Positions 1 to 12,800 of a DNA stretch of 64,000 bases are shown here, in pieces. The stretch covers positions 44,268,001 to 44,332,000 of the forward strand of contig NC_043012.1 in the NCBI RefSeq assembly GCF_006345805.1, read 5' to 3'. The position numbers were made by a program, and so were the translations under genes. Every line of letters begins with the position of its first letter. Position 1 is the first letter of the stretch. The notes below the pieces were generated by a model. That model was not told where the DNA came from. It did not search any database and saw nothing but the letters and a program-made list of their open reading frames with translations. This DNA comes from Octopus sinensis. Lineage: Eukaryota.

Positions 1-16
1 TTCTATACAGAGCTTC

Positions 17-81
<65 letters not shown>

Positions 82-237
82 TATATTATATATATATATA
101 TATATATATGCATATATTATATATATATATATATAATATATTTAACATATATATAATTTGTATATGTGTGTAATATATATGTATATACATATATGTATTA
201 TTATATATATATATTATATATATATATATAATATATA

Positions 238-614
238 GGCGCAGCCATAGGTCTGTGGTAAGAAGCTTGCTTCCCAACCACATAGCTTCGGGTTCAGTCC
301 CACTGCATGGCACCTTGGGCAAGTGTCTTCTACTGGAGCCTTGTGAGTGGATTTGGTAGACGGAAACTGAAAGGAGCATGTCGTATATATACCTGTGTGT
401 TTGCGTGTCTGTGTTTGTTTCCCCACCACCATCACCTGACAACCGATGTTGTTGTGATTACATACCCGTAAATTAGCGGTTCGGCAAAAGAGACAGACAA
501 AATAAGTACTAGGATTACAAATAATAAATCCTGGGGTTGATTTGTTCGACTAAAACGCGATGTTTCAGCATGGCCGCAGCCTAGTGACTGAAACAAGTCA
601 AAGAGTAAAAGAGT
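238..614 (+). mobile_element. tRNA-derived SINE, family A (~400 bp, internal TA/TG microsatellite)
   Basis: Head ggcgcag..tgtggtaagaagcttgcttcccaaccac..gggttcagtcccactg; tail cagcatggccgcag..gactgaaacaagt(aaagagt)n; more than 10 copies in the window. Confidence 0.85.
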
Positions 615-1193
615 GGTGTGTGTGTGTGTGTGTGTGTGTGTATGCGTGTGTGCGTGTATGTGTGTGTGTGTGCGTTTGTGTGTGTGTGCGCGCGCGTGTG
701 TGTATTTGTAGTAAATTTGACTTACAGCTGTTTCGAGTAGTCGCTATAGGTTCGTTTTTGATTAGTTTACTTAGTTGGCCCATTGATCAGTTTAGGAAAT
801 TTGTACAACCATGAGAATTATTGCTACCTTCGTCACTTATTTCTGTTATACACACTCATACACATACATGTTCGCATTTATACACATATTTTGATACCAA
901 GTATTCGCTTTTCGTTTAATTTCATATATGTAGCATTAGACTATTTCTCTAAACTGGATCTTTTTTCTTTTTTTATTGAGTTCTATGTTAGAGGTCATTA
1001 TTCCTGTAATTACGACGTCAGTTCATTTCCTTATGGTAATTTTAAATGACTCTTTTTGTAAGGTTCTCTACAAAAGAAACTGAGCGCATTTATGTTCTAT
1101 GTGCTTCGTATATTACTGTACAACACTGGTTTCTACACCATAGCATATATATTAAGTAAAATTCACCTGACCATACATTTTCATATTCATGTA

Positions 1194-1346
1194 GGCGCAG
1201 GCATGGCTGTGTGGTAAGAAGCTTGCTTCTCAACTATATGCTTTAGAGTTCAGTCCCACTGTGTCTACGTGTCTATCTATAGCCTCGGGCCGACCAAAGC
1301 CTTGTGAGTCTATTTGCTAGACGGAAACTGAAAAAAACCCGTCATG

Positions 1347-1377
<31 letters not shown>

Positions 1378-1390
1378 GTGTGTGTGTGTA

Positions 1391-1462
<72 letters not shown>

Positions 1463-1637
1463 TGCCTGTGTGTCTTCCCACCACCCCTTGACAACTAGTG
1501 CTGATGTGTTTATGTTCCTTTAACTTAGCGATTCGGCAAAGGAGACTAATAGAATAAGTACCTGACATTTAAAATATATAAGTACTAGGATGGATACATT
1601 CGACTGAAAATTCTAATGACAAACAAGTAAAAGATAA
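1194..1637 (+). mobile_element. SINE family A with expanded internal (TG)n
   Basis: Same head and body as 238-614; about 115 bp of (TG)n at 1345-1460. Confidence 0.8.
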
Positions 1638-2344
1638 ATGATAAAAGATGTAGACCTTACATATATTGTTTCGTGTTACCTTTGCGCTCTTCCCTTGGCC
1701 CTACTTTACTGAGAGGCGACTACAATCCAAGAGTCAACGTTACTATCAATATCTAGTTATGACCATTGCAGAACCTGGCGATGTGTATGAAGCATCTAAT
1801 CCGCCTATCACCTCACCTCTTCCAGGAGATTATTAATCAAGTACATAATTCCATGCAGTCTATCCTTGGCTTTCTTGTGACTATTTCATTGTCAGTTTAA
1901 GGAAACTCTCCTTCATTTTTGGCAAGGTAATCATGTTACTCACGTTCGTACCTGCTCCTGGTTATATTCGTAAGGTAAGACAGTGTTGTACCTTGTAACA
2001 AATCTCTATCTTGTTTCTCTCCCTCTCCCTCCCCTTCCCCTCTCTCTTAACTGGTGTTTTCCTCTGATTAAAATTGCTTGCAAAACTGCTATTGCTACTT
2101 TTATTGTCAAGGTATTACAATATTTCATTTCTTAAAGTATCAACCAGTTCTTGTTTCTTTTTCTGTTGTAAATAGGCCGTGTCCTATTAACACACACGCG
2201 AGCGCCACTCCTGCATATATACAAATATATGCACACACACACACACACATTCATGCCTAAGTACGCTTATACTTACGCAATATCATAATAGAAAATTAAA
2301 TGTACATATCGTGAAGTGAGTGCTATAATATTCATAGCGCAAAC

Positions 2345-2650
2345 TCGATAGCTTCAATTAATCAAAACCTGAAGAAGATCATTAAGGGAGCCACTCAGAA
2401 TCCTTTGGCCGAAGAGCGACGTAGTCTCGTGCGGGCAAAGCAAGCAGATCCCTTTGATACAGAGATCAAGCGAAGAGTGACACCGGCTTGGATTCAGAAG
2501 GTCCTAGTACAACGTCACCAGACCCTGCTGGGGAAACCCCCAGGTCAAGAGGAAAAAACGAAAGACCTATGAACTCATTCGACGTGACTCGACAAACAAA
2601 GTCAGAGTGAATGTAGCTGGATGCAGTTGGTGAGGAAGGCAATTACGGGG
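2345..2650 (+). pseudogene. RTE-like LINE ORF2 C-terminal remnant
   Basis: Frameshifted translation LRILWPK..RAKQADPFDTEIKRR..LLGKPPG resembles the RTE C-terminus (LRI.WP..ISNEELW.R..Q.P...EIKRR.W.W.GH). Confidence 0.5.
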
Positions 2651-2861
2651 ACAAGAGGAGGGAAGGTGGTCAACATTCTACTGCCCCAGACTGGATGAAG
2701 GCCTTGAATGAGCGAGTAATATCTGTATCGGAGAGAGGTAAACATTGCTGCCCAATGCATAGCTGTCATCCACATTCATCTTCCCTAATCGGCTAATTCA
2801 ATACCAGAAAAGCACCAGTTCAATTAGAAATAGCCATTAATATGTAATTAGTGGGATTCAG

Positions 2862-3082
2862 GCGGCAAGCTGGCAGAACTGCTGGCACACCCGGCAAAAT
2901 GCTTAGCGGCATTTCGTCCGTTTTTACATTCTGAGTTTAAATTCCACCGAGGTCAATTTCACCTCTCATCCTTTCGGAGTCTATAAAATAGGAACCAGTT
3001 GAGCACTGAGGTCGATGTAATCGACTTTCCCCTTGCCCTGAATCTGCTGGCACTGTGCAAAAAATGTGAAACCAATTAGTAA
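2862..3082 (+). mobile_element. tRNA-derived SINE, family B
   Basis: ggcggcaagctggcagaa..ttctgagtttaaattccaccgaggtc..catcctttcggagtctataaaata..gtcgatgtaatcgact..tgtgaaacca. Confidence 0.75.
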
Positions 3083-4292
3083 TTTGGGTTTGAAGTGAAG
3101 GGGAATGGAAGTTGTGACGATGGTCATATCCTTCCAACGAATATTAGTGAGGTGTGTGGTGTCAAAAAGCTCCAGTTGGGAATCGAAACTTGGCAGAATC
3201 ATTAGAAAAACGTCTTGCCGTTTTTTTAGTTGCGGTTCTTTGTTCTCGCATCAAATCCCGCTGAAGTTAAATTTTCCTTTCCTTTCTCGGTGAAGTAAGG
3301 TACCAGTCATGTATTGGGGTTGGTTTGTATTCATGAAATGCATCTTATATGTGAAAGGAACCATAACAAAAGAAAAGCGAGCTACTCAGTAGTTTTGGTG
3401 GAAATACATCTTCTACACCTTCACGCTGTAAATGTACGAACGGACAAGTGAGAGATTCTCTACATGAACACTCGTTCTATTAGAAATGACAGCCAAATAT
3501 TACTCAAATCATAGCCACTCTACAGTCTTTAAAAAGGAAGGGTACATTGAATAAAACAATTTTCGATATATTGTATCTAAAAACAAAAAAAATACGGATT
3601 GGTCATAGCTGAAACTACTTAGATTATAGTTTTGTATGATTAGGACCAAGCGATCATCATCACCACCACCATCACCATCACCACCACAACAACAACAACC
3701 ATCACCGCCATTACCACCAACACAACAACAACAACCACCACCACAACCATCACCACCACCACTGCCAACAGCAACAGATGTCTCGAAAACCAGCAGTTTA
3801 TACATGCAATATTTATACTTACAAAATAGATTACGTCACAGTCTTTAGTGTGTAAAAATTTGTTTACCAAAATACGTTAATCATGTTAGCTCAAGAACAA
3901 CTGGTAATTTAGGTTGGGAAAGAAAACCGTTCTGGTTGATGTGCTTTACATCATTTAGTTTATACGATTTTATACTTTGCTTCATTCTGTAATATACCAA
4001 AGTTAAAATTCAAAGACACCCAGTCCAATCCCCGAGTCATATTTTTTGCTTTGTAATTTGATTGAAAAGCTGAAATATGAAGAAAAAGGGTACAAAAAGA
4101 TTTATGCGAATTTTTTCTTGCTATTTTACAACCTTCAGATCAATGAGGCAGCGTGCATAATTGATGTATGAATTAATCATCAGTTCAATATTTAATAAGA
4201 TGATTTATGGTTCTGTCCAGGTATGGTGCATTTTTGAGTGGATGCTCCTGTTGATTTCGAATGCGTTTTGTAAGTGGTATGAGTGTCCATTA

Positions 4293-4713
4293 AAGGCGGC
4301 GAGCTGGCAGAAACGTCAGCACGCCGGGCGAAATGCGTAGCGGTATTTCGTCTACCGTTACGTTCTGAGTTCAAATTCCGCCGAGGTCGACTTTGCCTTT
4401 CATCTTTTCGGGGTCGATAAATTAAGTACCAGTTACGCACTGGGGTCGATGTAATCGACTTAATCCGTTTGTCTGTCCTTGTTTGTCTCCTCTGTGTTTA
4501 GCCCCTTGTGGGTAATAAAGAAATAGGTATTTCGTCTGCCGTTACGTTCTGGGTTCAAATTCCGCCGAGGTCGACTTTGCCTTTCATCTTTTCGGGGTCG
4601 ATAAATTAAGTACCAGTTACGCACTGGGGTCGATGTAATTGACTTAATCCGTTTGTCTGTCCTTGTTTGTCTCCTCTGTGTTTAGCCCCTTGTGGGTAGT
4701 AAAGAAATAGGTA
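4293..4713 (+). mobile_element. Partially dimeric SINE family B (long-tail subtype) with 16-bp TSD
   Basis: 184-bp unit repeated at 4346 and 4530; TSD ggtatgagtgtccatt at 4276-4291 and 4710-4725. Confidence 0.9.
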
Positions 4714-5325
4714 TGAGTGTCCATTTTGTAACAGAGCGGAGGTTGTATTTGTTCTGTTGCAGTTTAGTCCCAAGATCTGGCCAGCCATGATTGAGCAACC
4801 CTACGATAAAAGGCATACTTTTGTATGTCTAGACAATGCTGTCTTAATGCATAGGCACAGCGGACAGTTGCCTGGGGCCCCCACAGCTCTAACGGTTCTA
4901 TTCTAATTTGTATGTTGTGATTAGGGCCAGTGTATTGACTTGTCCAGTGGCCTATAAGCAGATTAAGACGGTCCTGTATCAAGGATTATATTATCCAGAC
5001 GGTAGTCAGTGATTTGAGAAGATTTTGCTGTTATTTTTAACTGATCAAACGCCCTGTGAAACATTTTTAATACAAAGGAAAAATTTAAAGTACATGAGAA
5101 CCTGTCGGGCATAATAGTGTTGAGGAAAATGATGAAGCTTTCATTTAAAAATTAATAACAATAATTAAATTAGTGCTTTGGTCTTAAGGTTTTCCCCGCT
5201 TTTTTTTAATCTTTTTTTCATATGACATTTTATAGACTTCATCAACGGGCAATTTCAAATTTAATGGCGAGCGAAGATTTCCTCATCCTCTTTATATTAT
5301 TTTATTCTAATATGCAGATTAAAAA

Positions 5326-5775
5326 GGGCGACGGGCAGGCAGAATTATTAGCAAGCCGGACAAAATGCTTAGCTAGATTTCGTCCGTCTTCACGTTCTGT
5401 GTTCAAATTCCGACGAGATTGACTTTGCCTTTTACCCTTTGGGATCGATAAGATAAGAACCAAACACGGTATGTTTGTGATTGAGTATGGTGACATAAAG
5501 TTAGTAGAAAAGTGAAGGGTTAGGTATTCGCTGTAATACCATAAGACTGATAACAAAAGCAGTGAGCTGGCAGCATCGCTAGCACGCCGAGGAAAATGCT
5601 TTGCAGTTTTTCATCCATCTTTACGTCCTGCGTTCAAATGCCACCGGGGTCAAATTTGCCTTTCGCCCTTTCGGGGTCGATAAAATAAATATCAATTGAG
5701 TACTGGAGTAGATGAAATCGACTTACCCACTCCTCCGAAATTACTGGCTTTATGCCAGAATTTAAAGTCAATATT
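5326..5775 (+). mobile_element. Two diverged SINE family B copies
   Basis: ggcgacgggcaggcagaa.. at about 5326 and gcagtgagctggcagcatcg.. at about 5558, each with the ttt(c)ggggtcgataa core. Confidence 0.7.
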
Positions 5776-6595
5776 AACTTAAACACGAAACTGTCTCACA
5801 AGTCAAGCGAAAGATTCTCTATGTGGTCACTCGACTTGCTGAAAATGGCAGCCAAATCTCTTTCAAATCACTCACTGCGTCTTAAGTTCTAGAATGCTCA
5901 ACAATAGCCAACGTAGCGCTAAACAACATCAGTACCACAGTCTGTTTCAATATGATATTTAAGAAATTTTTAAAGCACAAATCTTTTTAGGTCTTTTATT
6001 TCTTTTTCTTTTCTAGTTAATTAATTTATTTATTTGTTTATTCATTCATTTGTTTTTGTAATTTTACTCAAAATTTTATTGCGAAATTTTTCTTCATTAA
6101 TCTGACACTGAAATTACCAACCATCAATTATTCATCCTTCAGCACGAAGAAACATGGGCAATTGTTTGTTGAAGCGAAAAATATCAAAAAAGATTTGATT
6201 TGTGTTTGCTAAAATCAGTTTGGCTATAAGTACATATGGTAATTGTAGAAATGAATTTGAGAGGGCAAACTATTTAAATAGGTAATTTATTATCCGGATA
6301 AACCAACAAGATACATGTCGACCGGATTCGGACACATGTCTTTCTACAAGATCTCCAACAGAATTTTTAAGAAACGGAATAAGGTTACTAACGGGGCCCT
6401 TCTTCTCGGAGGAAGAGTTTGCTAGATATTCACAGGTCCTTCCTAGCCTCACAGAACTTCGAGCCGATGTTACTGGCTGAACTTCTTTCTTATTCGCCTT
6501 AGCTTTATGTACAATACCCAGTCAACACGAATTTGATCATAAACTTAACTCAACCTTCTGTATAGAGTCATCAATGAAGGGTTTGTTATCGTTCA

Positions 6596-6979
6596 TCTCT
6601 CTCTATATAAACGGCAGTTTGTCTGTGCGTGTTTCTGTGTGTCTGTTTGCTTGTACCCTCACCCTGACCACGGCTTTCAACCGATTCTGATGAAACTTGA
6701 CACACACATAGCCCAATGTCATAATTCAAAACTAACGCAGCGAAAATTTTGAAAAGTTCCCCCAGTTCGGAAAAAAATCGATAAATTCGACATGGGGTCG
6801 AGAATTAGAAACACAAACCGCAAACTGTCTAGGGGACGCAACTCCACCTTTTTTAACTAAAAAAAAAAAATTACCATCATTTTTTTCCATTTTTTTGCTA
6901 TTTTTTGGCTATAACTCTCTAAAAATGCTTTATAGTTATTTCCCTTACAAACCTGAGCAACGCCGGGCGATACTGCTTG
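6596..6979 (+). mobile_element. Non-autonomous Helitron-type element
   Basis: 5' TC start (tctctctatatataaacggc), 3' GC hairpin (cctgagc-aac-gccggg) then CTTG, inserted between A and T. Confidence 0.7.
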
Positions 6980-7190
6980 TAAACTATATTTGGAACAACG
7001 TCAACATACACGCGCACACACATACATACATGAGTGTGTGCTGCCATATATAGAAATATATATATATACAGATGTGTGTGTGTCTGTGTGTGTACCATTT
7101 CTCCGTATGTATATATATGTATGTATATATACATACATACATACATACATACATGCATGCATGCATACTTACATACATACATACATATAT

Positions 7191-7251
<61 letters not shown>

Positions 7252-7429
7252 ATATATATAAGCGGTACCACATGAGCACCTGCATGGCTAAAAATAGAAG
7301 TCAAAAATACTTCTGTACCACAGAATACGCACAAATCTAATACAGGCACGGTGGGAAAAAATTTCAGTAAACATTAAAAACGTCTTACCTCTGCTAGGTC
7401 AGCACAAGCATATATATATATATATATAT

Positions 7430-7745
7430 ATAGTAGTATTATAACCCGATTTCATTCGAGTCTACTCGGGCCACATTTTAAAGATGAAGAATTTTTAAAA
7501 AAAACCAAAAATTTATAAAAAAGAAAATGAGGGCAAAAGCACTCTTTTCACTTTGTAAAATCGTTTCCTAGTAGCCGGAATTTCGCGACAAACTGTATGT
7601 TTATTAAGCACAATAGCCTGCAGGGCATGCCGCTGGGCATTAAAAGCCAATCGCACACACCTAAAGGGGCTCTGTGCCTCCTTGAATCGATAAAAACATC
7701 ACTCTTTTTGCCATAGCAACCACATCTTTATAGATGCGAATATAA
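7430..7745 (-). mobile_element. Possible second Helitron-type element
   Basis: Minus strand ends with a cccga..tcggg hairpin followed by ttataatactac (CTAG-like); 5' end poorly defined. Confidence 0.3.
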
Positions 7746-7791
7746 AAGTATGTATATATATATATATATTATATATATATATATATATATA

Positions 7792-7837
<46 letters not shown>

Positions 7838-7857
7838 ACATACATACATGCATAAAC

Positions 7858-7912
<55 letters not shown>

Positions 7913-8045
7913 TACATATATACACAATATATATATATGTATATATACATATATATATACATACATGCATGTATATGTACACATATATATATATACACAT
8001 ACATACATGCATACATATACTTATATATATATACATACATATATA

Positions 8046-9333
8046 CGAGGGACGTTCAATAAGTAATGCCTCTGACCCACTTGCAGTTGTTTGATCTAGC
8101 TGAAATTTTGCATGTGCAATCATTTATATCTCTATAGAGTAAGTGGCAAATTACAGCTCTGAATTAATTGTAGTTTCTGATTTACAGGTGTTTGAACCGA
8201 GTCAGGTGTGAAATGGAGCCTGTTGAGTGTCGAGCAGTGATCCGGTTTTTGTATTTGAAAGGACGCACACCACGGGAGACTTTTGATGAAATGAAAGTAA
8301 CTTATGGTGATGATGCCCCATCATATGACCTTGTAAAACGCTGGCATCGTGAATTCAAACATGGTCGGAACTCTGTGGAAACAGCTCCCAGATCTGGTCG
8401 CCCCCTTCTGCCATTGATGAGGCATCTGTCCGTCAAGTTGAGGCTGCCATTTTGGAAGATTGACGCATAATTATTTGCCAAATAGCCCATGAGGTCAAGA
8501 TTAGTACCGGGTCTGTGGAAACTATCATTCATGACCATTTGCATATGCAAAAGGAGTCTGCCAGATGGATTCCCAGGTTGCTCACGCCTTCCTATAAGCA
8601 AGAACACGTCGAGTGCTCGAGGGCGAATTTGGAGATGTGCCAAGAAGATGAGTCAAAATTTTTCAAAAGACTGATTACACAGGATGAAACCTGGGTCCAA
8701 CACGATGATCCAGAGACCAAAGCCCAGTCAATGCAGTGGAAGCACCGTGACTCACCCCCTCCAAAGAAGGCAAGGGTGCAGCCCTCCGCTGGCAAGGTCA
8801 TGCTCACAGTCTTCTGGGACCAGGACGGAGTAGTGATGACAGATTTCCTGGCAAAGGGTACCACAATTGCAGGAGCCTATTATGCTTCACTTTTGAGGAA
8901 ATTAAGAGAAGTTATCAAAATCAAGAGGCGCGGCAAGATCAGCAAAGGCATCCTCCTCCTGCAGGACAACGCTCCGGTCCACAACTCGCTTGTCGCCAGA
9001 TCAGAAGCACAGGCGTATGGCTATGAACTCCTCCCCATCCCCCCTACTTTCCTGACCTTGCACCCTCTGATTTTCACCTCTTCCCAATCATGAAGTTGTT
9101 TTTGAAAGGAAAGCGTTTCCCAGATGATGCAGCCTTGATTTCTGAAGCCACGTTGAGGTTGGAGGACCAAGCGGGTTCTTCTACAAAAACGGTCTCCAGA
9201 GCCGCATCAAACGATGGGAGAAATGCGTAACTCTGGGTGGTTCCTATGTAGAAAAAGACTAATAACTGTGCCAAGTTTCGTTGCCCTACTTCTATGGGAA
9301 GTGGGTCAGGGGCATTACTTATTGAACGCCCCT

Positions 9334-9335
<2 letters not shown>
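8046..9335 (+). mobile_element. Full-length (1290 bp) mariner transposon, irritans-like, in a (TA)n tract
   Basis: 37-bp TIRs cgagggacgttcaataagtaatgcctctgacccactt (3 mismatches); TA on both flanks. Confidence 0.95.
8213..9262 (+). pseudogene. Mariner DD34D transposase, disrupted by frameshifts and stops
   Basis: MEPVECRAVIRFLYLKG..RSGRP; WIPRLL; ITQDETWV; LLLQDNAPVH; degenerate YSPDLAPSDFHLF; ends YVEKD*. Confidence 0.9.
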
Positions 9336-9371
<36 letters not shown>

Positions 9372-9375
<4 letters not shown>

Positions 9376-9560
9376 ATCCAAACAAGAAAACACAGAAAAA
9401 AAAACAGAAAAAAACACAGCAACGCGAGGACGTGGAACAAATAAAGTATTATGAGACGCTCAGGAAAGAAGGGAAGGAGGGTTTAACGTTTCGAGCGAAG
9501 CTCTTCGTCGGAAACAAGGAGAAGGAAAGATCCCGAGAAGGGAAGACAGAGGAAAAAATA
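9372..9560 (-). mobile_element. Penelope-like terminal (pLTR-type) fragment abutting (TA)n
   Basis: Pyrimidine-rich minus strand carrying a ccgacgaagagc..gctcgaaacgtt hammerhead-like motif; ends in a TA microsatellite. Confidence 0.55.
9481..9515 (-). ncRNA. Minimal hammerhead ribozyme-like motif (U4C core, extra A)
   Basis: GUUU-CCGACGA-A-GAGC(UUC)GCUC-GAAA-CG-UU-AAAC: helices I and II pair, helix III is the palindrome ACGU. Confidence 0.55.
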
Positions 9561-9839
9561 TTTTTGCTGGTGGTGCTCAAGAGATCACATGTTGAAAGAA
9601 CAGAAGTTGAGAGGCAGACGAATCATGATTTTTAAAAACAAGAGCGTTTCAAAGACAAGGAATGTGTGTGGGTGCGTGTGTGTGTGTGTGTGTGTGTGCA
9701 AGGATGACAAGTGTGTTTGTGTGTGCGTGCGTGTGTGTGTATGTATGGTGAATAATAGGCATAGCAAGCTAGCAGTCATAAAGGAGTGGCACTTGTTGTA
9801 TCCAGCCAGGTCAAAACAAGGTTAAAAAACAAAGGGGTA

Positions 9840-12800
9840 TATGTGTGTGCGTGTAAGTATATGTATCATGTGTGTGTGTTGTTTGTAGTGTGTGTGTGTG
9901 CATGTGTGTGTTCGTGTGTGTATGCGTAGAGTTTGGGTGTGTGGCGAGTAACTGTGCTTAACCTAGTGTATTTGTGCGTGTGTGCTTGTACGTGCGTGTG
10001 TATGTGTAGGGATGTATGTGTGGGTTCATTTGTGTGAGTCTGTATGTATGTACGTGTATGTGTGTGCGTGTATGTGTGCGTTTGTATGTGTTTATGTGTA
10101 TGTGTGCGTGCGCAGCTGGGTGTATATTGTGTATGTATATCTGTCGGTGTGTATGTGAGTTTGCGTGTGTTTGTATGTGTGTATGTGTGTGTGCGTGTAT
10201 AGTATATATATATGTGAATGTGTGTGTGTGTGCGTGTGTGTGGACGTGCGTGCGAGTGAATGTATGTATATGTGTGTGCGTGTGTGTACAATGTAGAGGC
10301 TTATATGTGTGTTTATATGTTTATATGTGTGTATGTATGTATGTATGTGTGTATGTGTGTGTGTATGCATGTGTATGTGTATGTATGTATGTGTGCATGC
10401 GTGTATGTGTGTATGTATGTATGTATGTATGTATATGTATGTGTATGTATGTATCTATGTATGTATGTGTGTACGTATGTGTGTGTATGTTTGTATGTGT
10501 GTATGTGTGTATGTGTATGTGTATGTATGTGTGTATATGTATGCGTGTGTGTATGTATGTATGTGTGTATGTGTGTATGTATGTATGTATGTATGTATGT
10601 GTGTGTATGTATGTGTGTATGTGTATGTGTATATGTGCGTGTGTGTATGTATGTGTGTGTATGTATGTGTGTATGTATGTATGTGTGCCATGTATGTATA
10701 TGTATGTGCGTGTGTGTGTATGTATGTATCTATGTATGTATGTGTGTATGTATGTATGTGTGTATGTATGTGTGTATGTGTGTATGTGTGTGTATGTGTG
10801 TGTATGTGTATGCATGTATGTATTTGTATGCGTGTATGTATGTATGTATGTATGTGTGTATGTGTGTGTATGTGTGTATGTATGTATGTATGTATGTGTG
10901 TGTGTATGTATGTGTGTGTATGTATGTATGTACGTACGTATGTATGTATGTGTGTGTGTGTATGTGTGTAAGTGTGTGTGTGTATGTATGTATGTATGTA
11001 CGTATGTGTGTATGTATGTATTTATGCATGCGTGTATGTGTGTATGTGCGTGTGTGTACATATGTATGTATATGTATGTGTGTGTGTATGTGTGTATGTA
11101 TCTATGTGTGTAGTGTATGTATGTGTGTGAGTGTGTATGTATGTATGTATGTGTGCATGCGTGTATGTGTATATGTGTGTGTGTATGTATGTATATATAT
11201 GTGTGTGTATGTGTGTGTATGTGTGTATATGTGTGTGTATGTGTGTATGTATGTATGTATGTATGTGTGTGTATGTGTATGTGTGTATGTGTGTATGTAT
11301 GTATGTATGTGTGTGTGTATGTATGTGTGTGTGTATGTATGTATGTACGTACGTATGTATGTATGTGTGTGTGTGTATGTGTGTAAGTGTGTGTGTGTAT
11401 GTATGTATGTATGTATGTACGTATGTGTGTATGTATGTATTTATGCATGCGTGTATGTGTGTATGTGCGTGTGTGTACGTATGTATGTATATGTATGTGT
11501 GTGTGTATGTGTGTATGTATCTATGTGTGTAGTGTATGTATGTGTGTGAGTGTGTATGTATGTATGTATGTGTGCATGCGTGTATGTGTATATGTGTGTG
11601 TATGTATGTATATATATGTGTGTGTATGTGTGTGTATGTGTGTATATGTGTGTGTATGTGTGTATGTATGTATGTATGTATGTGTGTGTATGTGTATGTG
11701 TGTATGTGTGTGTATGTATGTATGTGTGTGTATGTATGTGTGTATGTGTGTGTGTATGTATATATATATATGTGTGTGTATGTGTGTGTATGTGTGTATA
11801 TGTGTGTGTATGTGCATATGTATGTATGTATGTATGTATGTATGTGTGGTGTGTGTATGTGTGTATGTGTGTGTATGTATGTATGTATGTATGTATGTGT
11901 TGTGTATGTATGTCTGTATGTGTGTAAGTGTGTGTATGTATGTATGTATGTACGTGTGTGTGTATGTACGTGTGTGTGTATGTATGTGTGCGTGCGTGTG
12001 TGTGTGTATGTGTGTATGTGTGTGTGTATGTATGTATATGTATGTTTGTGTATGTATCTATGTATGTATGTGTGTATGTATGTGTGTATATATGTATGTG
12101 TGTGTGTATGTATGTATGTGTATATGTGTGTGTATGTGTATGTATGTAAGTATACGTATGCGTGTGTGTATGTATGTATGTGTGTGTAAGTATGTATGTA
12201 TGTGTGTGTATGTAAGTGTGTGTGTATGTATGTATGTACGGGTGTATGTGTGTAAGTGTGTGTGTATGTGTATGTGTATGTATGTATGTATACGTACGCG
12301 TGTGTGTATGTGTGTATAGTATGTATGTGTGCGTATGTGTGTGTATGTATGTGTATGTATGTATGTGTATGTATGTATGTGTGCATGCGTGTATGTGTGC
12401 ATGTGTGTGTCTGTATGTATGTATGTATATGTATGTGTGCGTATGCATATATGTGTCTATGTATGTATGTGTGTATGTATGCGTGTGTGTGTGTATGTAT
12501 GTATGTGTGTATGTGTGTATATGTGTGTGTATGTATGTGTATGTATGCGTGTGTGTATGTAAGTATGTGTGTATGTATGTATGTATGTGTGTGTGTGTAT
12601 GTGTGTGTGTATGTATGTGTGTATGTATGTATGTGTGCACGTGTGTGTGTATGTATGTATGTGTGTGTAAGTATGTGTATGTATGTATGTGTGCATGCTT
12701 GTGTGTGTGGTTATGTGTGTGTGTGTATGTAAGTATATATGTGTGTGTATGTATGTATGTATATATGTATGTGTGTATGTATATGTGTGTGTGAATGTAT

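Noticed and set aside
238-330. SINE heads as tRNA genes
   Set aside because: tRNA-like A/B boxes only, no complete cloverleaf, and contiguous with SINE bodies.
4740-4985. Possible Tc1 transposase remnant (WLARSWD resembling WPARSPD)
   Set aside because: One weak motif only, with no TIR or supporting residues.
6680-6705. ctgatgaaac motif (also at ~40516 and ~15706)
   Set aside because: No helices around it; it lies inside Helitron or transposase sequence, or is a chance match.
8515-9093. 192-aa ORF as a domesticated SETMAR-like gene
   Set aside because: It is a fragment of a frameshifted, TIR-bounded mariner with no SET domain or splice evidence.
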